Source: Daphnia carinata (taxonomy: Eukaryota). From it: a stretch of DNA of 64,000 nucleotides. A program made the position numbers and the translations under genes. The stretch lies in contig NC_081331.1 in the NCBI RefSeq assembly GCF_022539665.2, positions 14,012,001 to 14,076,000 on the forward strand, given 5' to 3'. Shown here in pieces: positions 11,330 to 24,095 of this stretch. The first letter of the stretch is position 1. Every line of letters begins with the position of its first letter. The notes beneath the pieces were generated by a model. It was given only the letters and a program-made list of their open reading frames with translations. It searched no databases and had not been told where the DNA came from.

Positions 11330-12407
11330 ACTGTTCCCGTATTACCTGCACAAACATGATCCAATTAGTGTCCCAATCGCTTTGTACAAGTTTCGCAGTT
11401 TGTTGTCCATTTTTTCCTCGTGAAAATACAGCCAATTTTTCTTCCGTCAAACCCTGTCCTTAATTACTCTTGCGAAGTGGCGAAAACCCTTGCTTTACAG
11501 AATAACGAATCTAGGAAAAACTTGATGTGCAATGTGTTTGTTTTAATTCAAAAGACGAAACGCAGCGGAATAGTTTGTTGCATTTTATAGAACGACATTC
11601 ATAAGGTAATAATATGTATAGAAAAAAAAATGGTCTGCCGACAAAGCGGCTTCGAATAACTTGTCATTCAAATTACAATCATCCATAACTTGGTTATAAG
11701 GGATGTCTTAAAATGCGACATTATAAAGAACGGAATCTTGCTTCGTTTGAATTCGAAGTACCGAATACACTTCCGTCACCGAAACAAGTTAGGGATGCAA
11801 AAGATGTAACTTTATTTTCAACCAATGGGATAGCCTAGTATACATTTAGTCCCTGGTCAACGAAAAAATTATTCTAAACTCTTCAATTCGTTTGTCAGCT
11901 TTGTTAGAAGACGCCGTGTGATTTATGGGATATTTCAGAATTACATTTGTCATTGACCATTGTTTATATTTCGAATTTGATAATCAAAGATGTGAAAAAG
12001 AAAAAGCAGCAGTCGTTCCAGAAACTCTAAATATGTGTCTATAGACAGTTCGATTTCTTTGCCAATTAAGCATCACATTCAACGCAGATTTCCCTACTCC
12101 TTTTCCAGATTCACGAGAGACGGGTGAAGGTTTCATACCAAACACCTTTAGTCGGAAGACACTCCGTTCTCAAGGAATATCGTAGTGTTTTGGATATGCA
12201 AAAATCGTGAGCCGTCCCACAAATTTTAAGAAAGGAAACGAAAGCCTCTCTGAAAATATTGGCATCGATATCCATTGTCTCGAAAGTAAGCACACCCTTC
12301 GTGTGCAAGGAGAGGAGGATATAAATGACGGCCAGCATGTCCGACTATCATCACACATCCTCCTCAACAGTCTCCAAACAAGGATCCAAACAACCAAACT
12401 TACCAGA

Positions 12408-12924
12408 ATGAAATTCGTAAGCGATTACTTGAATTTCAGTTTCCTTTCCCTTTTCAATTTTTTAGTTTACTGTCTTTGTTATGTCATAACAGATTATCGC
12501 TCTCGCTTTCTTGGCCCTGGCTTTGGCTGCACCACAAGGTGACAAGAAACCCATTGAAATTATTTCATCCAACAGCGAAATGAACGCTGATGGCAGCTAC
12601 TCTTTCAAGTAAGCTCATTTGCAATTACCTTTTCTGGACTGCATTAAAAATCTGATAAACTCTTGCAGTTTCGAGAGCGCCGATGGCACAAAAGTGTCAG
12701 AGAGCGGCAACCAGAAGAAAGTCGGACCCAAAGATGAAGATATTGGAACTGTTTCCAAAGGATCTTACTCTTACATTTCGCCTGAAGGTATTACCATCAC
12801 CGTCAACTGGGTTGCCGATGAGAACGGTTTCCAGGCCACCGGTGATCATTTGCCCACTCCTCCCCCGATGCCCGAGCACGTCGTCAAACTCCTCGCCGAT
12901 TTGAAGGCCGCTGGTGTTCTGTAA
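12408..12924 (+). CDS. RR-1 cuticular protein, copy 9 (type A, twin of copy 1)
   Basis: Offset 12041 from copy 1. Exon 3 variant YISPEGITITVNW...VKLLAD. Confidence 0.93.
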
Positions 12925-13922
12925 ACCCGCGCATATATCACCCATCAACATGAAGCCACTCGAAAAATGTTTGAATATGTTGCCACTTTGTAAAGCCCAA
13001 TGTAATTAGTCCTTTTTTTTTTAAAATAAAGAAAATTCATTTTCATTCAAACTGTTTTTCCTTCTTAACTGCTGGATGAAAGATGATTCCCTGGGTAATT
13101 GTTTGTGTTTTGAACGATTACTAGAATTAAGTTAAAGAATTTGGAATGCTGTCCGCGTTTTCTTATTTGTTTTAGTTTGAATGAATCATAACTGGTAAGA
13201 TTTCGTCGAAATCCCAGTCAAAATTTTAAGTCCGATTTTGTTTTTAAAAAAAGTTGGTCTTAAAAAATAAGCCCGACAAAATAAGCCCGACTTTTTCGTT
13301 TGTTAAATTTTTTTCAAAAATCAAATATAATTATTAAAATACATCACTGGGATAGAACATTTTATAAGAATAAAAAAATTGAATTCGTCTGTTCGTGAGA
13401 CGCATAGTTTCTGAGTTATATGAATTCTAAATGGTTTTAGCGAAACCATTGTGATCCCGTTTTGTGTTATAATATCCATAATTAAGGTAAAACTAATTAC
13501 ATATCCAGAATTTACGCGTCATATCGGATTTAGTAATGGGTTTTTATCGACTTCCAAATCAAAATTGTTATTCGGTTTATTTCGATAATATGAACGGGGA
13601 CGGGGGTAGTTTCAAGTTCGATTTCTAAGTGTTTCTCAACAGAAGTGCCGTACCTCTAAATAAATAAACGGTAAAACTGGAGAACGGGTATTGTTATAAA
13701 AAAAAAGTGTTTCCCTTATGTCATCGAACGAATTTTTATTATTGAAAATCGGCATCGTAAGGAGACTTTGGGAGAGTCCATTCTTCTTTTTAAGAGAAGG
13801 GAATGACCCTCAGCTTTCAGCCCGAGTGGGGTACATATAAGAAGAATCTGCTGACAACCATCATCACAATCCTCTCTCAGCCTTCTTCAGAAGAACAACA
13901 GGACAATCCAAAATTCGCAAAA

Positions 13923-14446
13923 ATGAAATTTGTAAGTCGATCCTCCAACCGATTTCTTTAACTGCATCATACTTTTTAATCGTTTTCATTCTGGCGTTTA
14001 AACAGATCATCGCTCTCGCTTTCTTGGCTATTGCCATCGCCGCACCGCAAGGAGACAAGAAGCCCATTGAGATTATTTCATCCAACAGCGAGATGAACGC
14101 CGATGGAAGTTACACTTTCGAGTAAGTTCAACTACTCATTTTTGTACCTCTTTTTTGCTGGAAAAGATCAACTTCTATTTATTTACACAGTTTTGTGAGC
14201 GCTGATGGCACAAAAGTATCAGAAAGCGGTAGCCAAAAGCAAGTTGGACCTAAACCCGAAGAAATTGGTCCCGTTTCTAAGGGATCTTACTCCTACACAT
14301 CTCCGGAAGGCGTCGTCATCACTGTAAACTGGGTTGCTGATGAAAACGGTTTCCAAGCTACTGGAGATCATTTGCCCACTCCTCCTCCGATGCCCGAGCA
14401 CGTCGTGAAGATGTTGGCCGATCTGAAAGCTGCCGGTGTTCTGTAA
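13923..14446 (+). CDS. RR-1 cuticular protein, copy 10 (type B, intact twin of copy 2)
   Basis: Exon 3 at 14191-14446 is in frame. PEEIGPVSK...YTSPEG variant. Confidence 0.93.
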
Positions 14447-15383
14447 ACCTGTGCATATATTACCCATCAACATGTATATTAAACAACCAAAAATGAAATT
14501 GCTGTGATCCCTTTGTACCACTCTAAAGTCTCCCAACTTTTCTGGGAGAAGAATACATAATAAACGTCTAGTTCCGTAAAACCGATTCTCTTTTACTTAT
14601 TACAAAAGCCGACAAATTGCAGCCGTTTGTAAATGAAACAGTTAAGACTTCATGCTTACTTTTGTATGGCAATTAACCCAACCTCATCATCCACAGAATA
14701 TGTTTGTCGCGACTGATTTTCACTTTTTACGCAATGATACTACTTCCGCTTTTTACGCAGACTTCATAGTGAACAACATAATGAAACAAACGTCTAGTTG
14801 TGGTTAACGTTTTTATATTAAACTATACCGTTGTCATGCAATTGAAGCATACGAAATGCTGCTAGTTTGTTATTCCGGAATAAAGTCCCTTCCCATCAGA
14901 TCTGTTGGCTTTTATTAAAACATCGTATTTTGACATTTTCTATAATCTAGTAACCTAATGTTGTGGAACGAAACTGTGAATGCCACACATAAGAAAAAAT
15001 TTACTCTGAACGAAACTCGTTTCTTTCCTCAATTTTGCTAAACTCACACAAGCCTCCATCGACGTTTGCTGACATTTTTGTCGAGTCTCTAGCTTGACCG
15101 CAGAGATGCCTCTAATGGCTCCATGCCAACTTTTATTTCAGTGAAAGGCCACCAACTCTCGGTTGCATACTGAAGTTCGGAACATTGACGTTTCTTTCTC
15201 CGTTTCTGTTTGGCACGGATTTTCTGCGGAATGAACGGAATCCCTACACTCATTCAGAAAGTGGAAAGAACCTTGAATTTCATACCGCCGACGAATATAA
15301 AATGATGGTTTCTACTGGAATAACATCACACTTCATTCTCAGCTTTCCTCAGAAGAGCAACAGAATCCCAACACTTGTTGAAA

Positions 15384-15922
15384 ATGCAATTGGTAACGTT
15401 AAAATTTAAACACAATCTGTAATCCATTTACTTCCTTGTGTTGTTAGTGTTTAATCTATTCTCGTTGTTGCACAACAGTAGATCATCGCACTCGCTTTCT
15501 TGGCTGTGGCTTTTGCTGCACCTCAAGGAGACAAGAAGCCCATTGAGATTATTTCTTCCAACATCGAAGCAAATGCTGATGGAAGCTATTCTTTTGCGTA
15601 AGTTACGTCTCCGCTCTGTCTGACCTGTGTATTTAATCCACAAATGGATACCAATTTCGTCTACAGATTTGAGAGCGCCGATGGCACGAAAGTTTCAGAA
15701 AGTGGCAGCCAGAAACAAGTCGGACCTAAACCCGAAGACATAGGAACCGTCTCTAAAGGATCTTATTCTTTCACTACTCCCGATGGTGTCGTCCTCACGG
15801 TCAACTGGGTCGCTGATGAGAACGGATTCCAGGCCACTGGTGATCATTTGCCAACTCCTCCTCCCATGCCCGAGCATGTCGTGAAGATGTTGGCCGATCT
15901 CAAAGCTGCTGGTCTTCTGTAA
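15384..15922 (+). CDS. RR-1 cuticular protein, copy 11 (type C, twin of copy 3, NAGNAG acceptor)
   Basis: MQL|gtaacg. Acceptor CAGTAG at 15476-15481. Confidence 0.8.
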
Positions 15923-16868
15923 ATCTGTCTATACATTACTCATCATTTTGACGCCGTACAACCGAGATTTTGGATCCATCTTCATTTTGTAAAAATTCAA
16001 TTGTTTCCCCTTATTTCCGCCTAGACAAAATACAGAGAAATTTTTTTCATGTACAATGTTTTCGTATTATATTAACTGAAAGACAAACGATTCGTACGTG
16101 CCAGGCCATTCTACGAGTGATTAGGCTGGCAACGTTAAAGTTAAGGCATTTGGAGTGCCGCCTGCCATTCGTCAAAGCAAATAGCTTAAAATACTATATT
16201 GTGCGTTTCTATACTGTGTTATAATGAGGATATGGTATCATTTATAAAGGGTAGATTGGATGCCCAATACGCCTTTTTTTCAGTTCAAATACTTGAGTCG
16301 AGTAAAGAGTTAAACAGCTTTATTGCCACAAGGAAATCTTGCTGAACAAACACCGCCCTGAGAAGTTTTAATAAATGAAATGTCGTCCATTTCAAATAAA
16401 TTTTTCCAAGTTTGAAACATTTCCAACGCGTCCCCGGTTGTCGTTGCAAAGTAGTAGAATCAGTATCATTTTCTTCGGAATTATAATACGATATTATAAG
16501 TGATGAAAATAAAATGTTACAATGCTGCACTTCACTCGTTTCAAACATTACCATGATTGGGACCGTTGGTGGCTATCGTGCTTTTACTCAACTTTCACTC
16601 GAAGAGACATCCATTCGAAAGCATTCGCCTAGCCACCTTTCTGATGAGGAATCACAGAGTAATAGAATGCTACCGTCCGAAGTTTTTGAGTGGAAGTCGG
16701 ATCGGGAGAAGACTTTGGGAGAGTCAATTCTTCCTCATAAGAGAAGGGAACGACCCTCAGGTTTCGGCTGTCTGGGGTACATATAAGAAGAACCTACCGA
16801 CAACCATCAGCACAATCCTCCCTCAACCTTCTCCAGAAGAACAACAGGATAATCCAAAACTCGCAAAA

Positions 16869-17397
16869 ATGAAATTCGTAAGTCTTTCTTCAGCAGATTT
16901 CTATTGCATGTTCATACTTTTAAGACGAATTCATTCTGGCATTCGAATAGATCATCGCTCTCGCTTTCTTGGCTGTTGCCATTGCTGCACCACAAGGAGA
17001 CAAGAAGCCTATTGAAATTATCTCATCCAATAGCGAAATGAACGCCGATGGAAGCTATTCTTTTTCGTAAGTTAACCCTTCAATAATAATAATTTACGAC
17101 GACTTGTTACATTAGGAATGAATTTCATCTCCATGTCACAGTTTCGAGAGTGAGGATGGTACCAAGGTGTCGGAGAGCGGTAGCCAGAAGCAAGTCGGAC
17201 CTAAGTCCGAAGACATTGGAACCGTCTCCAAAGGATCTTACTCTTACACTTCTCCCGATGGTGTTGTCCTCACCGTCAATTGGGTCGCTGATGAAAATGG
17301 ATTCCAAGCCACCGGTGATCATTTGCCTACTCCTCCACCCATGCCCGAGCACGTCGTGAAGATGTTGGCCGATCTGAAGGCTGCTGGTGTTCTGTAA
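16869..17397 (+). CDS. RR-1 cuticular protein, copy 12 (type B', twin of copy 4)
   Basis: Exons appear identical to copy 4, offset 11990. Confidence 0.93.
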
Positions 17398-18369
17398 ACC
17401 TGCACATATATTACTTATCAACATGTAAATCACACAACCAAAAACTAAATTGCTCCGATCACTTTGTGCCACTCCAAAGGCTCCCAACTTTTTCTGGGAG
17501 TAAAATACATAATAAACGTCTAGTTCCGTAAAACCGATTCTCTTTTACTTATTACAAAAGCCAACAAATTGTTGCCATTTGTAAATGAAACAATAAAGAC
17601 TTCTTACTTGCTGATTGATGTATGGCAATAAATCCAAGCCCATCATCCAAGGAATATGTTCTTTCGCGACCGACTTTCGCTTTGTGCGCAATGATACTAT
17701 TTCCGCTTTTTACGCAGGCTTGATAGTGAACGAGATAATAAGGCAAACGTCCAATTGTGATTAACGTTTTCATTTTTGAATATGGCGTTGGTATGCAATA
17801 ATAAAACATGCATATGCATATGCATATGCATAATAGAATGCTGCTAGTTAGTTTTTTCTAAATTAAGTTCCTTCCCATCAAATCTCTTGGCTTTTATTAA
17901 AGCATCGTATGTTGTAAGTTCTTGCAAAGGCTTGCTCGTTGACAGTAACCTAGTAGCCTAATGTTGCGGAACGAAACAGCGAATGCCGCCAATTAGGAAA
18001 AATTTACCGTAAAGAAAACCCACTTTTACTCCCATTTTTACTCTATTGCGCAATTGCTTCCATCGACACTGTTGACATTTTTGCGGGGGCTCCAAACTGA
18101 CCGCAGAGGTGAGTCTAATGGCTTCTGTGAAAGGCCACCAACTCTCGGTTGCTTACTGAAGTTCGGAACATTGACGTTTCCTTCTCCACATCAGTTTGGA
18201 ACGGATTCTTTGTGAAATGAACGGAATCCCTACACCCTTTCAGAAAGTGGAAAGGCCCTTGAATTTCATACCGCCGACGAATATAAAATGATGGTTTCTA
18301 CTGGAATAGCATCACACTTCATTCTCAGCTTTCCTCAGAAGAGCAACAGAATCCCAATACTTGCTAAAA

Positions 18370-18891
18370 ATGAAATTGGTAAGGTTTAATCAAATGAAAT
18401 CTTTAATTCATTTACTTCTTTGTGTTTTTCTCGTTGTTGTAAAACAGTCGATCGTAGCTCTCGCTTTCTTGGCTGTGGCTTTTGCTGCACCTCAAGGAGA
18501 CAAGAAGCCCATTGAAATTATCTCGTCCAACATCGAAGCAAATGCTGATGGAAGCTATTCTTTTGCGTAAGTTACGTCTCTTCTCTGTGTGACCTGTGTA
18601 TTTAATCCCCAAATGGATATCACTTACGTCTACAGATTCGAGAGCGCCGATGGCACGAAAGTTTCAGAAAGCGGCAGCCAGAAACAAGTCGGACCTAAAC
18701 CCGAGGATATTGGCACCGTCTCTAAAGGATCTTACTCTTTCACTACTCCCGATGGTGTCGTCCTCACCGTCAACTGGGTCGCTGATGAGAACGGATTCCA
18801 GGCCACTGGTGATCATTTGCCAACTCCTCCTCCCATGCCCGAACACGTCGTGAAGATGCTGGCCGATTTGAAAGCTGCTGGTCTTCTGTAA
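18370..18891 (+). CDS. RR-1 cuticular protein, copy 13 (type C, twin of copy 5)
   Basis: Same protein as copy 5 with a few synonymous differences. Confidence 0.93.
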
Positions 18892-19979
18892 ACTGTTCCC
18901 ATATTACCTGCACAAACATGATCCAATTAGTGTCCCAATCGCTTTGTACAAGTTTCGCAGTGTTGTGCATTTTTTCCTCCTGAAAATACAGCCAATTTTA
19001 CTTCCGTAAAGCCTGCCGCCTTATTATTCTTACGAGGTGGCGAAAACAATTGCCTTATGTGAATAACCATACTAGCAAAAACTTGATATGTAATGCGCTA
19101 TTTGCATTCAAAAGGCGTAACGCAACGGAATAGTTTGTGGCATGTTATAGAACGATTTAAGCAAGGCAACAATATGTGTAGCAAAAATGGCCTATCCACA
19201 AAGAGGCTTCGAATAACTTGTCATTAAAATCCCGAGCATCGATAAGTGGGTTATACGGAATTTCTTAAAATGCGACGTTATAAAGAACGAAATATTGCTT
19301 CGTTTGAATTTCAAGTACCGCATACACTTCCGTCACAGAAACATGTTAGGGATGCAAAAGGTGTAACTTTATTTTCTACCTATTGGTAGCCTAGTATATG
19401 CATTTGGTCCCTTGTCAATCAAGATATTATTCATAAACTTTTTAATTCATTTTTCAGCTTTGTTAGAAGACACCTTTTTAGCCCAACTTTTTATTCATCC
19501 AATTATCGGTGATTTATATAGTTTGAAAAATTACTTTTTGTCATTGGCCATTGTTATTTGATAACCAAAGATTTGAAAAAGAAAAAGCAGCAGTCGTTCC
19601 ACAAACTCGAAAATATGTGTGTATAGACAGTCCGATTTCTTTGCCAATTAAGCTATCACACTCAAGGAAGATTTCCCTCCATTCTCAGACTCACGAGAGA
19701 CGGGTGAAGGTTTCATGCCGAAAACCTTTAGCCGGAAAGCAGTTCGTTCCCAAGGAATCTCGTTTCGAATATGCAATAATCGTGAGCCGCACAAATTTAA
19801 GGAAAGGACAGGAAAGCCTCTGTGAAAAATTGGCATCGATATCCACAGTATCCAAAGTGAGTACACCCTTCGTATGCAAGAAAAGGAGGGATATAAATGA
19901 CGGCCAGCATGCCCGACTATCATCACACATCTTTCTCAACTGTCTTCAGACAAGGAACACAACAACGAAACTTAACAAA

Positions 19980-20497
19980 ATGAAATTCGTGAGTGGCTAC
20001 TTGGATTTCTGTTGTTTTCCTTTCCCTTTTCAATTTCTTAGTTTATTACCTTTGTTATTTCATAACAGATCATCGCTCTCGCTTTTTTGGCCGTGGCTTT
20101 GGCTGTGCCACAAGGCGATAAGAAGCCCATTGAGATTGTTTCATCCAACAGCGAAATGAACGCCGATGGCAGCTACTCTTTTAAGTAAGTTCATTTGCAC
20201 TTACATTTTGTGGACCGCATTAAAAATATCAACTCTTGCAGTTTTGAGAGCGCCGATGGCACAAAAGTGTCAGAGAGTGGCAACCAGAAGAAAGTCGGAC
20301 CCAAGGATGAGGATATTGGAACTGTCTCCAAAGGATCTTACTCTTACACCAGCCCCGATGGCGTCGTCCTCACTGTCAACTGGGTTGCTGATGAGAACGG
20401 TTTCCAGGCCACCGGTGATCATTTGCCCACTCCTCCCCCGATGCCCGAGCACGTCGTCAAGCTGTTGGCTGACTTAAAGGCTGCCCGTCTTCTGTAA
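19980..20497 (+). CDS. RR-1 cuticular protein, copy 14 (type A, more diverged)
   Basis: MKF|gtgagt, ALAVPQGDKK, ends LKAARLL. Confidence 0.92.
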
Positions 20498-21539
20498 GCC
20501 TGTACATATATCCCCCATCAACTTGAAGCCACTCGGAAAAATGTTTGAATATGTTACTACCTTGTACAGTCCAATATAATTAGTCCTTTTTTTTAAATAA
20601 AGAAAATTTTGTTTTCAATTCAAACTGTTTTCCTTCTAAGCTGCTAGATTAGAGGTGATTCCCTCGGCAATCGTTGAAAACGCAAACAATTAAGTTAAAG
20701 AATTTGGAATGCTTTCTGTGTTTTCTTATTTGTATTATTTTGAATGGATCATAATGAGTAAGATTTCGTCGAAATCCCAGTCAAAATTTTAAGCCCGATT
20801 TTGTTTTTTAAAAAAAGTCTTAAAAAATAAGCCCGGTAAAATAAGCCCGGTAAAATAAACCAGACTTTTGCGTTCGTAAAATTTTTTTTCAAAAACCAAA
20901 ATATAATTATCAAAATGCATCACTTAGATAGAACATTTTTACAAGAATAAAGAAAGTTTACTTCGTTTGTAAGTGAGACGCATAGTTTCTGAGTTTTTAT
21001 GAATCCAAAATGGTTCTAGCAAATCACTTTGATTCCTTTTTGTAATAAAACATCCATAATTAACGCAAAGCTTATTACATATCCAGAATTTGCCTTTCAT
21101 ATTGGATTTAGCAGTAGGTTTTATCGATTTTGGAATAAAAACTTTTGTTCAATTTGGCTTATTTCTGTTAACAGGGAGAGGAATGGTTTCAAGTTCAGTT
21201 TCTGAGTGAGCGGTTTCCTACTAACTGAAAGGTGATTGCTGCTCGATAGAAGAGCCGTACCTCTGTAAAATTACAGAAATGAATGGTAAACCGAAGAACG
21301 AATATTGTCTATGAAAAAAAAGTGGATTCTTTATGTCATCGTCCGAAGTTTCTGATTAAAAACCGGCATCACAGGGAGACTTTGAGAGAGTCAATTCTTC
21401 TTTTTAAGAGAAGGGAACGACCTCTCTCAGCTTTCAGACCGAGTGGGGCACATATAAGAAGGACCTGCTGACAACCATCATCACAATCCTCTCTCAGCCT
21501 TCTTTAGAAGAACAACAGGACAATCCAAAATTCGCAAAA

Positions 21540-22063
21540 ATGAAATTTGTAAGTCTTTCCTCCAACCGATTTCTTTAACTTCATCATACTTTTTAATCGT
21601 TTTCATTCTGGCGTTTAAACAGATCATCGCTCTCGCTTTCTTGGCTGTCACCATTGCTGCCCCACAAGGAGACAAAAAACCTATTGAAATCATCTCATCC
21701 AACAGCGAGATGAACGCCGATGGAAGCTACGCTTTTGAGTAAGTTCAACTACATATTGCTGTGCCTCTCCTTTTTTTGTTAGAAAAATCTTCTACTTATT
21801 TACACAGTTTCTTGAGCGCTGATGGCACTAAAGTGTCAGAGAGTGGCAACCAGAAGCATGTCGGACCTAAACCCGAGGACATTGGAACCGTCTCCAAAGG
21901 ATCTTACTCTTTCACTACTCCCGATGGTGTTGTCCTCACCGTCAACTGGGTCGCTGATGAAAACGGATTCCAGGCTACTGGTGATCATCTACCAACTCCT
22001 CCCCCCATGCCCGAGCATGTCGTGAAGATGTTGGCCGATCTGAAGGCTGCTGGTGTTCTGTAA
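21540..22063 (+). CDS. RR-1 cuticular protein, copy 15 (type-B 5' end, type-A 3' flank)
   Basis: 3-exon structure, DFLSADG...QKHVGPK. Confidence 0.92.
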
Positions 22064-23112
22064 GCCCGTGCATGTATTCCCCATCAACTTGAAGCCACTC
22101 GATAAAATGTTTGAATATGTTGCTACTTTGTAAAGTCCAATGTAATTAGTTCTTTTTTTTTAATAAAGAAAAATTTATTTCCAATTCAAACTGTTTTCTT
22201 TCTAAACTGCTAGATGAGAGATGATTCCCTAGGCAACGGTTTGCATTTTCAACGATTACTAGAAATAAGTTAAAGGAAATGAATGCTGTCTGCGTTTTCT
22301 TATTCTTGTTTTATTTTAAAAAATCTACGTAATTCACGGTGAACATTTGTTATGAAATGGCATACAAAATGGGTGATAATGCGTTCCATGTCATCGAAAT
22401 CCAAATCACAAAGTACGATTTTTTCACGTTAAGTTGGGTATTAAAAATAAGCCCGAAAAAATAAGCCCGAAAAATAAGCCCGACTTTTGCGCTCGTTTAA
22501 ATTTTTTTTGAAAACCGAAATACAACTCTAACAATACATCACTTAGACGGACCATTTTACAAGAACAGAGAAAGTTATTTTTGTATTTAAGCGAGACCCA
22601 TTGCTTTTAAATTATATGAATTCAAAATTGATTTTGGCTCTTTGATTCCTTTTCGCAAAAATTACCCATAATTAAAGTAAAGTTAATCACATATCCAGAA
22701 TTTGCGTTTCATATTGGATTTAGCAGTAGGTTTATCGACTTCCAAATCAAAATTGTTCTTTGGTATATTTCGTTAATAGGAAGAGAAATGGTTTCCTAAT
22801 TACTAGGAGGTGATTGTCACTCTACAGGAGGGCCGTACCTCTTTAAAATTACTGAAATAAATGGTACATAGGAGAACGAGCATTCTAAGAAAAAAAAAGC
22901 GGCTTCTTATGCCATCGTCCAAAATTTCTGATTGAAAATCGGCATCGTATGGAGGCTACGAGAGAGCCCCTTCTTATTTTTAGGAAAAGGGACCGACCCT
23001 CAGCTTTCAGATCGAGTGGGGTACATATAAGAAGGGCCTGCCGACAACCATCATCACAATCCTTTCTCAACCTTCTCCAGAAGACCAACAGGAAAATCCA
23101 AAACTCGCAAAA

Positions 23113-23636
23113 ATGAAATTCGTAAGCCTTTCCTCCAGCAGATTTGTATTACATGTTTATAATTTTGGATCTCATTCATTCTGGCGTTTAAATAGATTAT
23201 CGCTCTCGCTTTCTTGGCTGTTGCTATTGCTGCACCACAAGGAGACAAGAAACCTATTGAAATCATCTCATCCAATAGCGAAATGAACGCAGATGGAAGC
23301 TACGCTTTCGAGTAAGTTCAACTACTCATTGTTGTCCCTCTTTTTTGCTGAAAAAGATCAACTCCGATTTATTTAAACAGTTTTGTGAGCGCTGATGGCA
23401 CAAAAGTGTCAGAGAGCGGCAGCCAGAAGCAAGTCGGACCCAAGCCCGAAGATATTGGCACCGTTTCCCGTGGATCTTACTCTTACACTACTCCCGATGG
23501 TGTTGTCCTCACTGTCAACTGGGTCGCTGATGAAAATGGATTCCAAGCCACCGGTGATCATTTGCCTACTCCTCCCCCCATGCCCGAGCATGTCGTAAAG
23601 ATGTTGGCCGACTTGAAAGCTGCTGGTCTTCTGTAA
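23113..23636 (+). CDS. RR-1 cuticular protein, copy 16 (type B, last of the + array)
   Basis: 3-exon structure with a unique 3' flank. AATAAA near 23719. Confidence 0.92.
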
Positions 23637-24095
23637 ATGTGTCCATAATTTCCCTTCAGAATACTCCTACTGCCTTGTACAATTTGGATTGCACTGATCC
23701 CATTTTAAATGTCGGCATAATAAATACTTAGTTCTTTAACTACCATCTTCTTTCATTACCACAGTTTTGATGGGTGTTGGAAAAGAGGCCATTGTAAAGA
23801 TTTCGTGAACCGAGCAGAGCGCAATAATGTCAGGACGGGGTTTTCTTCAAAATAAAACAAGGGAAATTGTTTAAAACTATTTTGTATTATGTCATACACG
23901 TGTACATTAAGGTTCAGGGACTTTTTGTTACAATCCAGCTAAAATTCAAAAGCATTTAACAAAACGTAAAGTCATTTGATACGATAATGATTTAAACATT
24001 TCTCGTGAAAACACGCATGTAGAATGAAAAGAGCATAGCGTTATAATGTCTCATAAGCTTCCATATGTTTTAAGGCTACAAAACTCCTTCGTTTT

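Larger units (their letters stand above)
12042..18965 (+). repeat. Segmental duplication copy 2
   Basis: Matches 1-~6980. Has ~20-nt deletions near 14940 and 16265 relative to copy 1. Confidence 0.93.

Noticed and set aside
1231..22485. Short direct repeats AAAATAAGCCCGAC as a CRISPR array
   Set aside because: The units are adjacent with no unique spacers, there are no cas genes, and the context is eukaryotic.
642..23598. Many recurring alternative-frame and antisense ORFs over exon 3 and promoters (e.g. MAQKCQRAA..., MLGHGRRSWQMIT..., 19551-20159)
   Set aside because: They are shadows of the cuticle coding frame or intron read-through, and recur only because the DNA is duplicated.
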